From: Parcubacteria group bacterium CG1_02_58_44
GTDB taxonomy: Bacteria > Patescibacteriota > Patescibacteriia > SG8-24
DNA length: 64,000 bases
Assembly (NCBI GenBank): GCA_001872545.1
Contig: MNWN01000041.1
Location: 218 to 64,217 of the forward strand
Direction of reading: 5' to 3'
The position numbers and the translations under genes are program-made. Positions within the stretch are counted from its first letter, which is position 1; every line of letters begins with the position of its first letter. Below the pieces are notes generated by a model, which saw only the letters and a list, made by a program, of their open reading frames with translations, was not told the DNA's origin and searched no databases. Of the stretch, positions 8,474 through 17,879 are shown in pieces.

Positions 8474-9097
8474 TCAACCGGACCTGAAGTCCCGTATCAC
8501 CGCCCTTACCACACCCTGAACCGCCAGATCCTTCACGTATATCGGCTCCATGGAACTGTTCGCTGGCTGCAGCCTCACTCTCCCCTTCTCTCGATAGAAA
8601 CGCTTCAGAGTGGCATACTCGTTCTCCAACAGAGCTACCACCGTATCCCCGTCGCAAGGCGTAGGATTCTTCTCAACGACCACCAGATCGCCGGACAAAA
8701 TACCGTCATCCTTCATCGACTCCCCTCTTACTCGCAGGACGAAGGTGTCGTCAGGCTTCCTAACCAGCGTCGCTGGAACATCTGTAGTCTCCGTCCCCTC
8801 CACGGCCTCGATTGGTTCTCCGGCGGCAATCAGACCTAAGAGTGGCAAGGTTACGGCCATTGCGGCCCGAAATAGCACTGAATCTACCTCTAAGGCTCGA
8901 GCCTCACCATCGCAGCTCGATAAGCAGCCTTTCTCCTTCAGATTTCTGATATGCTCGTGAACCGTGGCGGTCGAGGACAGACCGAGCGCTTCACCTATCT
9001 CCCGATAGGCTGGAGCGTAGCCGTTCTCCCGGATGTATCCGGTCACGTATTCAAGAATCTGATGCTGTTTTTTCGTCAACTTTTCCTGATTGCTCAT
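8474..9097 (-). CDS. lexA: LexA repressor (SOS regulator, S24 peptidase)
   Basis: N-terminal wHTH (LTKKQHQILEY...GYAPAYREIGEALGLSS). The cleavage-site AAG (PLLGLIAAGEP) and the C-terminal S24 domain with Ser and Lys are present. The probable start is MSNQEK at about 9097; the ORF track extends it to 9121. Confidence 0.9.
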   Translation of the reverse strand: MSNQEKLTKKQHQILEYVTGYIRENGYAPAYREIGEALGLSSTATVHEHIRNLKEKGCLSSCDGEARALEVDSVLFRAAMAVTLPLLGLIAAGEPIEAVEGTETTDVPATLVRKPDDTFVLRVRGESMKDDGILSGDLVVVEKNPTPCDGDTVVALLENEYATLKRFYREKGRVRLQPANSSMEPIYVKDLAVQGVVRAVIRDFRSG

Positions 9098-9271
9098 AAA
9101 GTCTATCCACACCCACTTCAAACCTGACTAAATCTTACCCGAACAAAAACCGAACAACAAGAACCCCCTTGTGTACAACCTACGAACCGCTACTGCACAA
9201 CCAACCATAACCGCCTTGACACAACCAAAAGGAATCGTCTTTTTGATCCTAGAATGGTATAAATCATCCAT

Positions 9272-10072
9272 ATGACCCTAGTTTTCAGCGGCATTGCCAC
9301 CCACACCCCTATCCTAATGCCAAGGATCGGCAAGGCTGAGGGCCTCAAGATGATAGAAAAAACCGGTCAGGCGATGGAACTGTTCAAGCAGGAACTGCTG
9401 ATGACACGACCGGACATCGTCGTCGTGATCTCACCTCATGGCGAGATGCTGACCGATGCCGTCACCATCAACCTCAACTCCAAGTACGTCAGTCGCTTCG
9501 ACGAGTTCGGTGACCTAGTGACGAAGGACGAATGGCGACCGGCCACCATGCTGATCGACCGGCTGCGCGAGGACTCCAAACGACTGCATCTGCCGCTGAC
9601 ACTGACAAGCGAGGACTTCCTGGACTATGGAACCTCGGTGCCGCTGCACTACTTGACCGAAAATCTCAAGGATGTTCGCATCGTACCGATGCGCCCATCA
9701 TCAGGACTTAGTCTCAAGGCTCACTTCGAAATCGGCGCGGCGCTGAAATCGGAGATAATGGACTCCACTTCCAGGATAGTCGTAATTGCCTCCGCCGACC
9801 TGTCCCATCGCGTAGGCGAGAATTCCCCCGGAGGACTGTCCCCAAAGGGTGTGGCCTTCGACGACAAGATAATCGAACTGCTGAGGGAACGAAACCCGAT
9901 CGGTATCCTGGACATCGACGAAGACTGGATCAAGGAGGCCCAGGCCTGCGGTGCGGCGCCGTTGGCCCTGCTCTTCGGACTACTCGACGGCATGAACATC
10001 GAACCGCATATCTTCTCCTACGAAAAACCGCTGGGAGTCGGATACCTCATAGCCGGCATCAGGACCTCCTGA
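9272..10072 (+). CDS. MEMO1/LigB-type (class III extradiol dioxygenase-fold) protein
   Basis: VVVISPHGEM ... ASADLSHR motif spacing is typical of the Memo/AmmeMemoRadiSam-B family; 266 aa. Confidence 0.5.
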   Translation: MTLVFSGIATHTPILMPRIGKAEGLKMIEKTGQAMELFKQELLMTRPDIVVVISPHGEMLTDAVTINLNSKYVSRFDEFGDLVTKDEWRPATMLIDRLREDSKRLHLPLTLTSEDFLDYGTSVPLHYLTENLKDVRIVPMRPSSGLSLKAHFEIGAALKSEIMDSTSRIVVIASADLSHRVGENSPGGLSPKGVAFDDKIIELLRERNPIGILDIDEDWIKEAQACGAAPLALLFGLLDGMNIEPHIFSYEKPLGVGYLIAGIRTS

Positions 10073-10079
10073 CAATCGG

Positions 10080-11972
10080 ATGCGTGCCATGTTCGCCAAG
10101 ATAATCCCGGCCGTCCGCCTGCCGAAAAGCCTAGGAACGTACGACTACGCGGTGCCGGAGAGGTACCGCGGTTTGGTGCGACGCGGCTCGTGGGTGATCG
10201 TTCCTTGGCGAGGGCGACCGGTCGACGGACTGGTGACCGAACTGTCCGAGACCGCATCCGTCGAGAACGGGCGGATCGCCGAACTGCTCGGCTTCGGCGA
10301 CTCTCACGCTCTGGAGGAAGACTTGCTTAGTCTGCCGCAAAAGATGTCGGACCGTTATCTGGTCTCGCCGGCCACCGCACTGAAGGCCTTCCTGCCCAGG
10401 ACACCCAAGACCAAGCTGCTGACCGACATCACGGAAGCAAATCCACCAGAACAAACCGTCCGGACCAAGTCGAATCTCGCCGAGCGCCTGCTGATCAGAT
10501 ACCGTCGTCCCGACGAAAAAATTGCCGAGGCGATCCGTCTTACGAAGAGCACGGTCGACTCCGGTCGCGGTGCCGTAGTGATCACGCCACACAGTGCCGA
10601 AGTCGCCGAACTAGTCAGGGCATTGACCTTCCCTGACGGACCGCCGGTCATGGAGATCCACGGCGGAATGACCGGTCCGCGCCTTCGCATCAACTGGAAG
10701 CGACTGCTGTCCGAACCGGTCGCGATCGTAGTCGGCACCCGCCTGGCCGCTTTAGCGCCGATCCGCAGTCCGGGCCTGTTCCTGATACTAGAGTCCGACA
10801 GTCCCGATCTGCGCCAATACGACCAGAACCCACGTTACGACTCCCGCGAGATCGCGCTCTGGCGAGCGGACGAGTCCGGGGCCGGTCTGGCCTACCTGTC
10901 GCATGCGCCGCGCCTGGAGGAATACGCCCTAGCCGCCGAAGGTCGGCTGTCTCGACTGGCCACACCTACCTCCGACCCGAAGACGGTCCTGGTGAACGTC
11001 ACCGGCAACCCGAGAGGCCACGACCATCCGCTGTCGCCGGCGATAATGAACAGGACGGAGGAGTCTTTACGTCAGGGAAAAAAGGTGCTAGTTTACCATA
11101 ACCGTCTTGGAACGGCCGGAGCCCTGATCTGCAACGGCTGCCGACTGGTGTTCCGCTGCGGGCGGTGCGACATTGCACTAGGTGTGGGAAGCAGCGGCCT
11201 GCGCTGCCCGCGCTGTGCGACGACCACGGCCCTGCCCTCGGCCTGTCCCAAATGCGGTGACACGAACCTTCATAATGTAGGCCTGGGCACCAAATCGCTC
11301 GAGACGGCTCTACAGAGAGAGTTCCCGGAAAGCAAGATCACCGCCTACGACTCCGACCTTTCGGATGAGGAACGCAGCAGGGCCATCGACGAGTCCGACG
11401 TTCTAGTCGGCACCCGCCTGATTCTGCACGATCTGGCCGAGCTGCCCTCTCGAGCCGACTGGGGCTGCGTAGCCGTAACCGACCTCGACGGACTGCTGTC
11501 GTTCCCCGGCTTCCGGGTAACGGAGGATGCATGGCGCACCGTCCGGATACTCAAAGACATCGCCGCCTCATCCGAGGCGCCGCTGATGATGCAGACACTC
11601 GATCCGGACGGCACCAAGATCAGGCTGCTCAGCTCAAACGAGCGCGACTTCGTAGCTACGGAACTGGAAGCGAGACGCGGCTCGGCCTATCCCCCGTTCG
11701 GCACGCTCCTGACGGTCACCGTCAGAAGTCAGAGTCAGGACGAGACGGAACGTCAGGCGAAAGAGCTGGTCGCCGCGCTTAAGGAAGCGATCGTCCCGGG
11801 ACACGGGACCGTCGCCGGTCCTCTACGCCATCGGCGTCCGTTCCGCGACGGCATGTGGAGGAGCGTGATCGTCATCAAGACCGGAACGGACATCCCGCCA
11901 AGCGTCCGGCAGGCGCTTACCGAGCTGCCGGAAAGCCATATCGTAGACCGCAACCCGGAAACGATCGGCTGA
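10080..11972 (+). CDS. priA: primosomal protein N' (PriA) homolog with degenerate helicase motifs
   Basis: The 3'-DNA-binding N-domain, the Cys4-Cys4 zinc region (CNGCRLVFRCGRC...LRCPRC...CPKCGD) and the C-terminal domain (GLGTKSLE...VLVGTRLILHDL) are all PriA-like. No GxxxxGK[ST] Walker A is present. The DEEH box position reads LESD. Confidence 0.75.
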   Translation: MRAMFAKIIPAVRLPKSLGTYDYAVPERYRGLVRRGSWVIVPWRGRPVDGLVTELSETASVENGRIAELLGFGDSHALEEDLLSLPQKMSDRYLVSPATALKAFLPRTPKTKLLTDITEANPPEQTVRTKSNLAERLLIRYRRPDEKIAEAIRLTKSTVDSGRGAVVITPHSAEVAELVRALTFPDGPPVMEIHGGMTGPRLRINWKRLLSEPVAIVVGTRLAALAPIRSPGLFLILESDSPDLRQYDQNPRYDSREIALWRADESGAGLAYLSHAPRLEEYALAAEGRLSRLATPTSDPKTVLVNVTGNPRGHDHPLSPAIMNRTEESLRQGKKVLVYHNRLGTAGALICNGCRLVFRCGRCDIALGVGSSGLRCPRCATTTALPSACPKCGDTNLHNVGLGTKSLETALQREFPESKITAYDSDLSDEERSRAIDESDVLVGTRLILHDLAELPSRADWGCVAVTDLDGLLSFPGFRVTEDAWRTVRILKDIAASSEAPLMMQTLDPDGTKIRLLSSNERDFVATELEARRGSAYPPFGTLLTVTVRSQSQDETERQAKELVAALKEAIVPGHGTVAGPLRHRRPFRDGMWRSVIVIKTGTDIPPSVRQALTELPESHIVDRNPETIG

Positions 11973-11986
11973 ACGACAAGACCAAT

Positions 11987-12451
11987 ATGCCAGTGAAAAA
12001 GATAGTTACCATCGGCGAACCGATACTTCGCCAACGCGCTAATGAAGTCGATCCGAATGAAATTCGGACCGATACCTTCAGGCGTATGGTGGAGGACATG
12101 ATAGAGACGATGCGCTCTGCCCAAGGAGTCGGCCTGGCTGCCCCACAGGTGGGAATGAATCGACGCCTATTCGTGGCTGATACCTCGGCCGGACCTATTG
12201 CCCTCATCAACCCGAAGTTCACCAAAATGTCGAAGAAGACCGCCCTATATGAGGAGGGCTGTCTGTCGGTACCCGGAAAATACGATTCGGTCCGTCGGGC
12301 GCTGGAGGTGGATGTCGAGGCACTGACGATCGGGGGCGAAAAGATAGCCTTCACTGCCAAGGGTTTCTTCGCCCGGGTCATGCAGCATGAGATGGACCAT
12401 CTAGATGGCATTCTGTTCGTCGACCGCATAAAGGAGCAGAACGAGACCTGA
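11987..12451 (+). CDS. def: peptide deformylase
   Basis: GVGLAAPQVG, EGCLSVPG and HEMDHLDG motifs. The start is MPVKKIV at 11987, 15 nt after the priA stop. Confidence 0.9.
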   Translation: MPVKKIVTIGEPILRQRANEVDPNEIRTDTFRRMVEDMIETMRSAQGVGLAAPQVGMNRRLFVADTSAGPIALINPKFTKMSKKTALYEEGCLSVPGKYDSVRRALEVDVEALTIGGEKIAFTAKGFFARVMQHEMDHLDGILFVDRIKEQNET

Positions 12452-12492
12452 CAGCTCCACCCGCCTCCAGTCACGAATTTTCCTAAAAACAC

Positions 12493-13443
12493 ATGGAACA
12501 ATCCCGCATAGTCTACTTCGGCACCGCGGACTTCGCCGTGCCGCCGCTCCAGTCGCTCCTCGCCTGCCCAGAGAACTTCGATGTCGTAGCCGTAGTCTCG
12601 CAGCCGGACCGTCCGGCCGGACGCCACCGGGAAAGACTACCCTCACCGGTAAGCGCCATGGTCCAACGGTCAAAGTTGCCCCTGCTGCAGCCTGAGAGTG
12701 TCGACCTGCCTTTCCTGGAGGCCCTGCGTGGCCTGCGAGCCGATCTCTTTGTAGTGGCTGCCTACGGACGGATACTGCCGCGTCAGGTACTCGAGATGCC
12801 GAAACTCGGTTCAGTCAACCTCCACGGTTCCCTGCTGCCCAAGTACCGAGGCGCCTCCCCCATCCAGTCCGCCATTCTCGACGGCGAGACCGAAACCGGA
12901 GTCACCCTGATCCTGATGGACGAGAAGATGGACCACGGTCCGATCCTGGCCACGGCCATCGAGACCATCAGGGAGGACGACGACTACCTGTCGCTGGCCG
13001 GCCGTCTGTCCGAAGCCGCCGCCGGACTGCTGACTGACAGCCTGACGAGATTGGCCGACGGCACGCTCCATACGCAGGAGCAGGACCATAGCCTGGCGAC
13101 CTTCACCAAGATGATCAGGAAGGAAGACGGACTGATCGACTGGACGACCGCGGACGCCTGGGAGGTCGAACGCCGAATGCGTGCCTACCGCCCCTGGCCC
13201 GGGATCCATTTCGACTGGACGACCAGGAACGGTCATACGGTACGAACCAGGCTGCTCGCGACTGAAGTGGTCCATGCGAACGGCCAAACGCCGGGAGCAG
13301 TCATCGAGACCGAGAATGGCTTGCCGGCCGTGGTCGTCGCGGACGACGAAGCTGTACTGCTGGTCGAGGTCCAGCCTGAAGGCCGCCGTCCCATGTCCGG
13401 TGCCGACTTCCTGCGGGGTTATCCGCCGTCAGAGACGATCTGA
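12493..13443 (+). CDS. fmt: methionyl-tRNA formyltransferase
   Basis: YFGTADFAVPPLQSLL...NLHGSLLPKYRGASPIQ; def-fmt synteny. Confidence 0.9.
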   Translation: MEQSRIVYFGTADFAVPPLQSLLACPENFDVVAVVSQPDRPAGRHRERLPSPVSAMVQRSKLPLLQPESVDLPFLEALRGLRADLFVVAAYGRILPRQVLEMPKLGSVNLHGSLLPKYRGASPIQSAILDGETETGVTLILMDEKMDHGPILATAIETIREDDDYLSLAGRLSEAAAGLLTDSLTRLADGTLHTQEQDHSLATFTKMIRKEDGLIDWTTADAWEVERRMRAYRPWPGIHFDWTTRNGHTVRTRLLATEVVHANGQTPGAVIETENGLPAVVVADDEAVLLVEVQPEGRRPMSGADFLRGYPPSETI

Positions 13444-13514
13444 CCAGAGGAGGACACAAAAAACAGCCGTCCAACGAGGGCGGTTTTTGTTTCCGTCGAA
13501 CCGTCCGAAAGTAA

Positions 13515-15971
13515 CTATGTCCCGATGTCGCCTTCCCGCCTCAATGAAAGCCCCCAAGCCGCAGCCGCCATCAGCAGACCGATGCCCAACGGATGGTTCA
13601 GGTACGGACTGAAGATGTGGGTTCCGAGCAGAGCCGCTACGCCAGACACCGCACCGACAGCGATCAGCACCTCGCGGGAAACCAACCGACCTTTTCCGTC
13701 CAACCTCCGCACTGACCCCTCCCTGATAAAGAGCAAGGTGGGTTTCAGCACAACGGCGACCAGCCAAGCGTAGACCACGAGCCCCAGCAGCCCGAACTTT
13801 ATCCAAAGATCATGGTAACCCCACTCGAAGGCGAAGGTGGTGTAACGTCCGGTCGGGTTGTCGACGAGCAAACGGGGGTCGCTAGTAATGTAGGTGACCT
13901 CGGTGCCCAGTCCAGACCCGAACACCGGATGTCGCCAACCGGCGTTCCACAGCTCTGGCAACAGCGCCCAACGACTGTTGGCTGCGGCCTCGCCGGACAG
14001 GGAGAAGGCCCGTCCTCCGATCAGCGAAGTCAAAGACATGTCGCCGGTCTTGTTAGGAAACGGAAAAACGTAAACCGCGGTAATTATCGCCACGGCCGCA
14101 ATCAGGGACAGCGGAGCGACGAGCGCCATCCGACGCCACAGACCGCGTCCACCGCCGGTCCAAAGCAGGAGCCCGACCATCACGCCGGTTCCGACGAACC
14201 CGCCGAACCAGAAACTCCTGGACAATCCCAGCAGTAGGCCTACCAGTCCCCAAGTCATTAGACCGAACGTAACCCAAAACGACCGTCCATGCAGTAGACG
14301 TGGTGCAGCCACAGCCAGCAGTAGCACCACGAAGACGCCAGCCAGCAAGAAAAGATGCGACTGAAAAAACACCCTATGAAAATCCGCTGTCATGACGGTC
14401 ACCTCCCCCACCCTGGTGTCACGGACCCAAACGTACATGTTGGCGGCTACATAAAACAGGTGATGCGAAAAAAAGTAAAGCACGGCCAGAGACTTGGCGA
14501 CCAGCACGGTCATGGCCGCAGCCAGCACATACCAGAGTGTCCGCCCGGTACGGAGCCCGGGCCAGCCTTCAACGAAAGCCGGAAACAAGGCAAAGAAAGC
14601 ATATCCATTGGCATCGAAGAAGACGTTGCCGAAGCCGTTCCCGGCCAACAGCCCACGTAACCCGCCGAAGGCCAACACGGTCAGCAGGGCCAAGTACGGC
14701 CACAGCAGACCGGACGACCGCATTTCCACATACCAGGCCGGTGCCTTAAAAGAACGACGTCTCAGTCCGGCGGCCAAACCCAATGCGGTCCGGGCCATCC
14801 AAGTCCCGAACACGGCCAAAAACAAGCCCATGCGCAACGACAAAACGGCGCCATCGACGTCGGCTGGTCCGACAGCCAACAGGTAGCCGCCCTGCGACCC
14901 GACAAACAGCTCGCCCAGGACCGCTATAACCCCCAACCAAGGCCGATACCAGGATAGTACGGCCACCGCCAGGACCACGACAAAGAAAGCCGCCTGATTC
15001 AGCCACGAAAAGTTATAGCCGATCCAGGACACGAGTTCCAGAAGAATATAGCCGGACAGAAGGACCAAAAAGAGACGAGGACCGGACCAATGTCGACTCT
15101 TAGAGCCTCTGCCGCCGCGAAACGAACCGGAGGCTAGGTGCACAGCCCACGAAAGCGCCATAGAGACCGGATGCAGTAGAGTCACCATCAACCGCGACAT
15201 TAGACTCCCGTGCTTGCGCATGTACGTCCGCAGACTGGCATTCCAGAAACGCTGCTTGGTCGGACCCATCTCCTGAGCGAAGCTCTCCCCGCCCCAGTGC
15301 ACCACCTCGGCCTCAGGCGTGTAGCCGACCCGCAGTCCGGCCGCACGCACGCGCCGGCAGAAATCTACCTCCTCGAACCAGATGAAGTAATCCTCGTCGA
15401 GCGGTCCGATGCGGTCCAGCACCGAACGCCGGGTCAGGAAGGCCGCACCCATGACCTGATCGACGTCCGCCGCAGCCGAATAGTCGAAATCGTCGCACAG
15501 ATAGCGCCTCAACGAAGCGCGTTTCGGGAAGACACGATGCAGCTTCAGCATGATCATGGCCTGATCCGACGTCCCCGGGAACGCCCGAACCGACTCCTGC
15601 AGCGACCCGTCCGGATTCAGCAGGCGCGGACCGAGCACTCCAAGGTCCGGCCGATCCCGCATGACCCTGACCATCCCGGCTAGGGCATTGCTCCGCAGCT
15701 CGGTATCGGGATTCAGCAGCAGCACAAACTCACCCCCGGCCACGGCAATGCCGGGGTTATTGCCGGCAGAGAACCCCAGGTTGCCGGAGTTCTCGATCAT
15801 CCGCACCTGCGGAAACTCGCGCCGGACCATCTCCGCGCTGCCGTCACCCGAGTCGTTGTCCACGACAATAACCTCGAAGCTTAATCCGACGGTCTGCTCA
15901 AAGACTGAAGTCAGGCAACGGCGCAGCAGTTCCCTGACCTTCCAATTGAGAATGACGACACTCAAATCCAT
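13515..15971 (-). CDS. fusion protein: N-terminal GT2 glycosyltransferase plus C-terminal polytopic O-antigen-ligase/Wzy-like membrane domain
   Basis: N-terminus LSVVILNWKVREL...VIVVDNDSGDGS...GFSAGNN (GT-A DxD fold). This is followed by 10-12 or more predicted TM helices ending in the ...WGYHDLWIKFGLLGLVVYAWL motif region typical of O-antigen ligase/Wzy. Confidence 0.75.
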   Translation of the reverse strand: MDLSVVILNWKVRELLRRCLTSVFEQTVGLSFEVIVVDNDSGDGSAEMVRREFPQVRMIENSGNLGFSAGNNPGIAVAGGEFVLLLNPDTELRSNALAGMVRVMRDRPDLGVLGPRLLNPDGSLQESVRAFPGTSDQAMIMLKLHRVFPKRASLRRYLCDDFDYSAAADVDQVMGAAFLTRRSVLDRIGPLDEDYFIWFEEVDFCRRVRAAGLRVGYTPEAEVVHWGGESFAQEMGPTKQRFWNASLRTYMRKHGSLMSRLMVTLLHPVSMALSWAVHLASGSFRGGRGSKSRHWSGPRLFLVLLSGYILLELVSWIGYNFSWLNQAAFFVVVLAVAVLSWYRPWLGVIAVLGELFVGSQGGYLLAVGPADVDGAVLSLRMGLFLAVFGTWMARTALGLAAGLRRRSFKAPAWYVEMRSSGLLWPYLALLTVLAFGGLRGLLAGNGFGNVFFDANGYAFFALFPAFVEGWPGLRTGRTLWYVLAAAMTVLVAKSLAVLYFFSHHLFYVAANMYVWVRDTRVGEVTVMTADFHRVFFQSHLFLLAGVFVVLLLAVAAPRLLHGRSFWVTFGLMTWGLVGLLLGLSRSFWFGGFVGTGVMVGLLLWTGGGRGLWRRMALVAPLSLIAAVAIITAVYVFPFPNKTGDMSLTSLIGGRAFSLSGEAAANSRWALLPELWNAGWRHPVFGSGLGTEVTYITSDPRLLVDNPTGRYTTFAFEWGYHDLWIKFGLLGLVVYAWLVAVVLKPTLLFIREGSVRRLDGKGRLVSREVLIAVGAVSGVAALLGTHIFSPYLNHPLGIGLLMAAAAWGLSLRREGDIGT

Positions 15972-15975
15972 ATTC

Positions 15976-16701
15976 TCAGTTCAGATGATGTTTCTCCTTG
16001 ATGATGGCTTCGGCCTCCCGGAACCTCTCCACAGCCCGCATCCTAAGACCCAGCCTGATCCACGGTATGCGGTAAAAGATCCCCGGTACCCAGGTGCTGA
16101 TGCCGCCCAGATGCGGTATGGCCACGAACAGATACTCGGGGATCCAAGTCCCGGACTGCCCACGCTCGAGCATGGTCAGCCATAAATCCCAGTCCTGCAG
16201 CTTACGGATGGACTCGTCGAAGCCGGGAAAATGTTCCCGCCGGATCAGCGAGGTCGTATGAATATAGTTCATCCGTCGCAGGCGCGCCGGATCGAACGGC
16301 CAGAGCCTGAACTTCTTCCAGCCGTACATGAACGAGCAATAGGCATAAGCTGCATCCGACCGCAACTCGAGGGCTCGAACCATCTTCTCTAGACAGTCTG
16401 GCTTCATGACGATATCGGCATCGCAGAATAGGACCAGCCGACCGCATGCCTCACGGTAGCCGCGATTCCGAGCCGCATTCGCGCCGCGGTTCTCCTGCCT
16501 GATGTAGGTAAGTCTCGACAAAAACGGCCGGAGTGTCTCTTCCGTACCGTCAGTCGAACCGTCATCGACTACGATGACCTCGAAGTCGCGGTAAGCTTGA
16601 CCGAAGACGCTGTCCAAACAAGCCGGCAGTTCGCGAGCATGCTGGTAGGCGGGAATGACGATGCTAATGGCCGTGGTCCGGCCGGATTCTATCTCGTTCA
16701 T
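15976..16701 (-). CDS. GT2-family glycosyltransferase
   Basis: ISIVIPAYQHARELPACLDSV...EVIVVDDGSTDGT. Confidence 0.8.
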   Translation of the reverse strand: MNEIESGRTTAISIVIPAYQHARELPACLDSVFGQAYRDFEVIVVDDGSTDGTEETLRPFLSRLTYIRQENRGANAARNRGYREACGRLVLFCDADIVMKPDCLEKMVRALELRSDAAYAYCSFMYGWKKFRLWPFDPARLRRMNYIHTTSLIRREHFPGFDESIRKLQDWDLWLTMLERGQSGTWIPEYLFVAIPHLGGISTWVPGIFYRIPWIRLGLRMRAVERFREAEAIIKEKHHLN

Positions 16702-17879
16702 GGCGACTGATTAGTTATCGTCCCGTCCATGGCCCGAAGGACCGCAGCGGCGAACTTCTCATTCTGACCGCCCTCCCCAAAATCACGTTCGACCCTATGC
16801 CGACCGCCGGCACCCAAACTCTGCCGCAACGTCTCGTCGTCGATCAGACGCTCGACCGCCTCCTTCAACGCCGTTGGATCGTCCGGCTCGACCAACAGTC
16901 CGGTCTGTCCGTCTATCACCGCCTCAGTCACCCCACCTGTCCTGGATCCAACGGTCGGACGGCTGAAGATCCCGGCCTCCAAATAGACGATGCCGAATCC
17001 CTCGACATCGCTACCCAGCGATCTTGGCACCAGCACGAACGCGTCACAGGCGGCAAAAGCCCTTGAGAGCTCCAAACGATCGACCTGACCGAGAAAGACC
17101 GTCTCGGCGACGACGTCCAACTCCTGCGCCAGCTCGATCAACTCGTCGATAAAAGGACCGGCTCCGACGATCATTTGCCTAACTTCACGTCCCGACCTCT
17201 TCAGTTCGGCCAAGGCCTGCAAACAAATGTCGAACCCCTTGCGTCTCACCAGCCGTCCGGTCGACAGCAAAACGAAAGAGTTGCCTAATCCATGTCTCTG
17301 TCGAAACGCCTCAACCTGTTCGGCGCCGACGACCAGATCGAGCGGTAAGGATGGCGGCGGGATGACGACTTCAATCCGCTCCTTCGGCACCCCCATGGAC
17401 CTGACCAACTCGGCGGTGAAACCGCTGTTGGCCACCACCAATGCGGCACCGAAGAGTATCCGACGGGCACCTACCCTCTTTCTTCGGTCGCCAGACATGG
17501 CCAACGAGACATCCATCCCGTGAACGATGACCGTGTAGGGTATACCCAAGAGCCGCCGAATCCAACGAGCGACTCGCCCCATGTTCAGCAGGTGACTGAC
17601 GACCAGCATTCGAGGACTTTCACGACGACACAGCAGCCAAGTCCAGTACAGGGCCGGCAGCCAACGCGGGCGCAGCCAACGGACCTCAAGCGGGCGACGA
17701 TAGATGGCCGGACCGGCCACCATGTCCGTCCCGTGGCTTCCCTCGATCTCCGGCGCCAGGACCTGAACGGTCCCTATCGAATACCGCTCGGCAAGGTAAG
17801 ACAGGTAAGTCGAAACTCCGCCGACCTGTGGCGGATACTCCAGCGTAAGCAGCAGCAGGTTGTGATTCGAATCTTTCAT
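16698..17879 (-). CDS. GT4-family (GT-B) glycosyltransferase
   Basis: N-terminal LLLLTLEYPPQVGGVSTYL and C-terminal EGFGIVYLEAGIFSRP-type motif; overlapping start/stop with its neighbours. Confidence 0.8.
   Translation of the reverse strand: MKDSNHNLLLLTLEYPPQVGGVSTYLSYLAERYSIGTVQVLAPEIEGSHGTDMVAGPAIYRRPLEVRWLRPRWLPALYWTWLLCRRESPRMLVVSHLLNMGRVARWIRRLLGIPYTVIVHGMDVSLAMSGDRRKRVGARRILFGAALVVANSGFTAELVRSMGVPKERIEVVIPPPSLPLDLVVGAEQVEAFRQRHGLGNSFVLLSTGRLVRRKGFDICLQALAELKRSGREVRQMIVGAGPFIDELIELAQELDVVAETVFLGQVDRLELSRAFAACDAFVLVPRSLGSDVEGFGIVYLEAGIFSRPTVGSRTGGVTEAVIDGQTGLLVEPDDPTALKEAVERLIDDETLRQSLGAGGRHRVERDFGEGGQNEKFAAAVLRAMDGTITNQSP

Noticed and set aside
8203-8487. 94-aa ORF between clpB and lexA as a protein-coding gene
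   Set aside because: It has no RBS, an arbitrary composition, and overlaps the lexA 3' end and the bidirectional terminator. The region is better explained as non-coding or sRNA-like.
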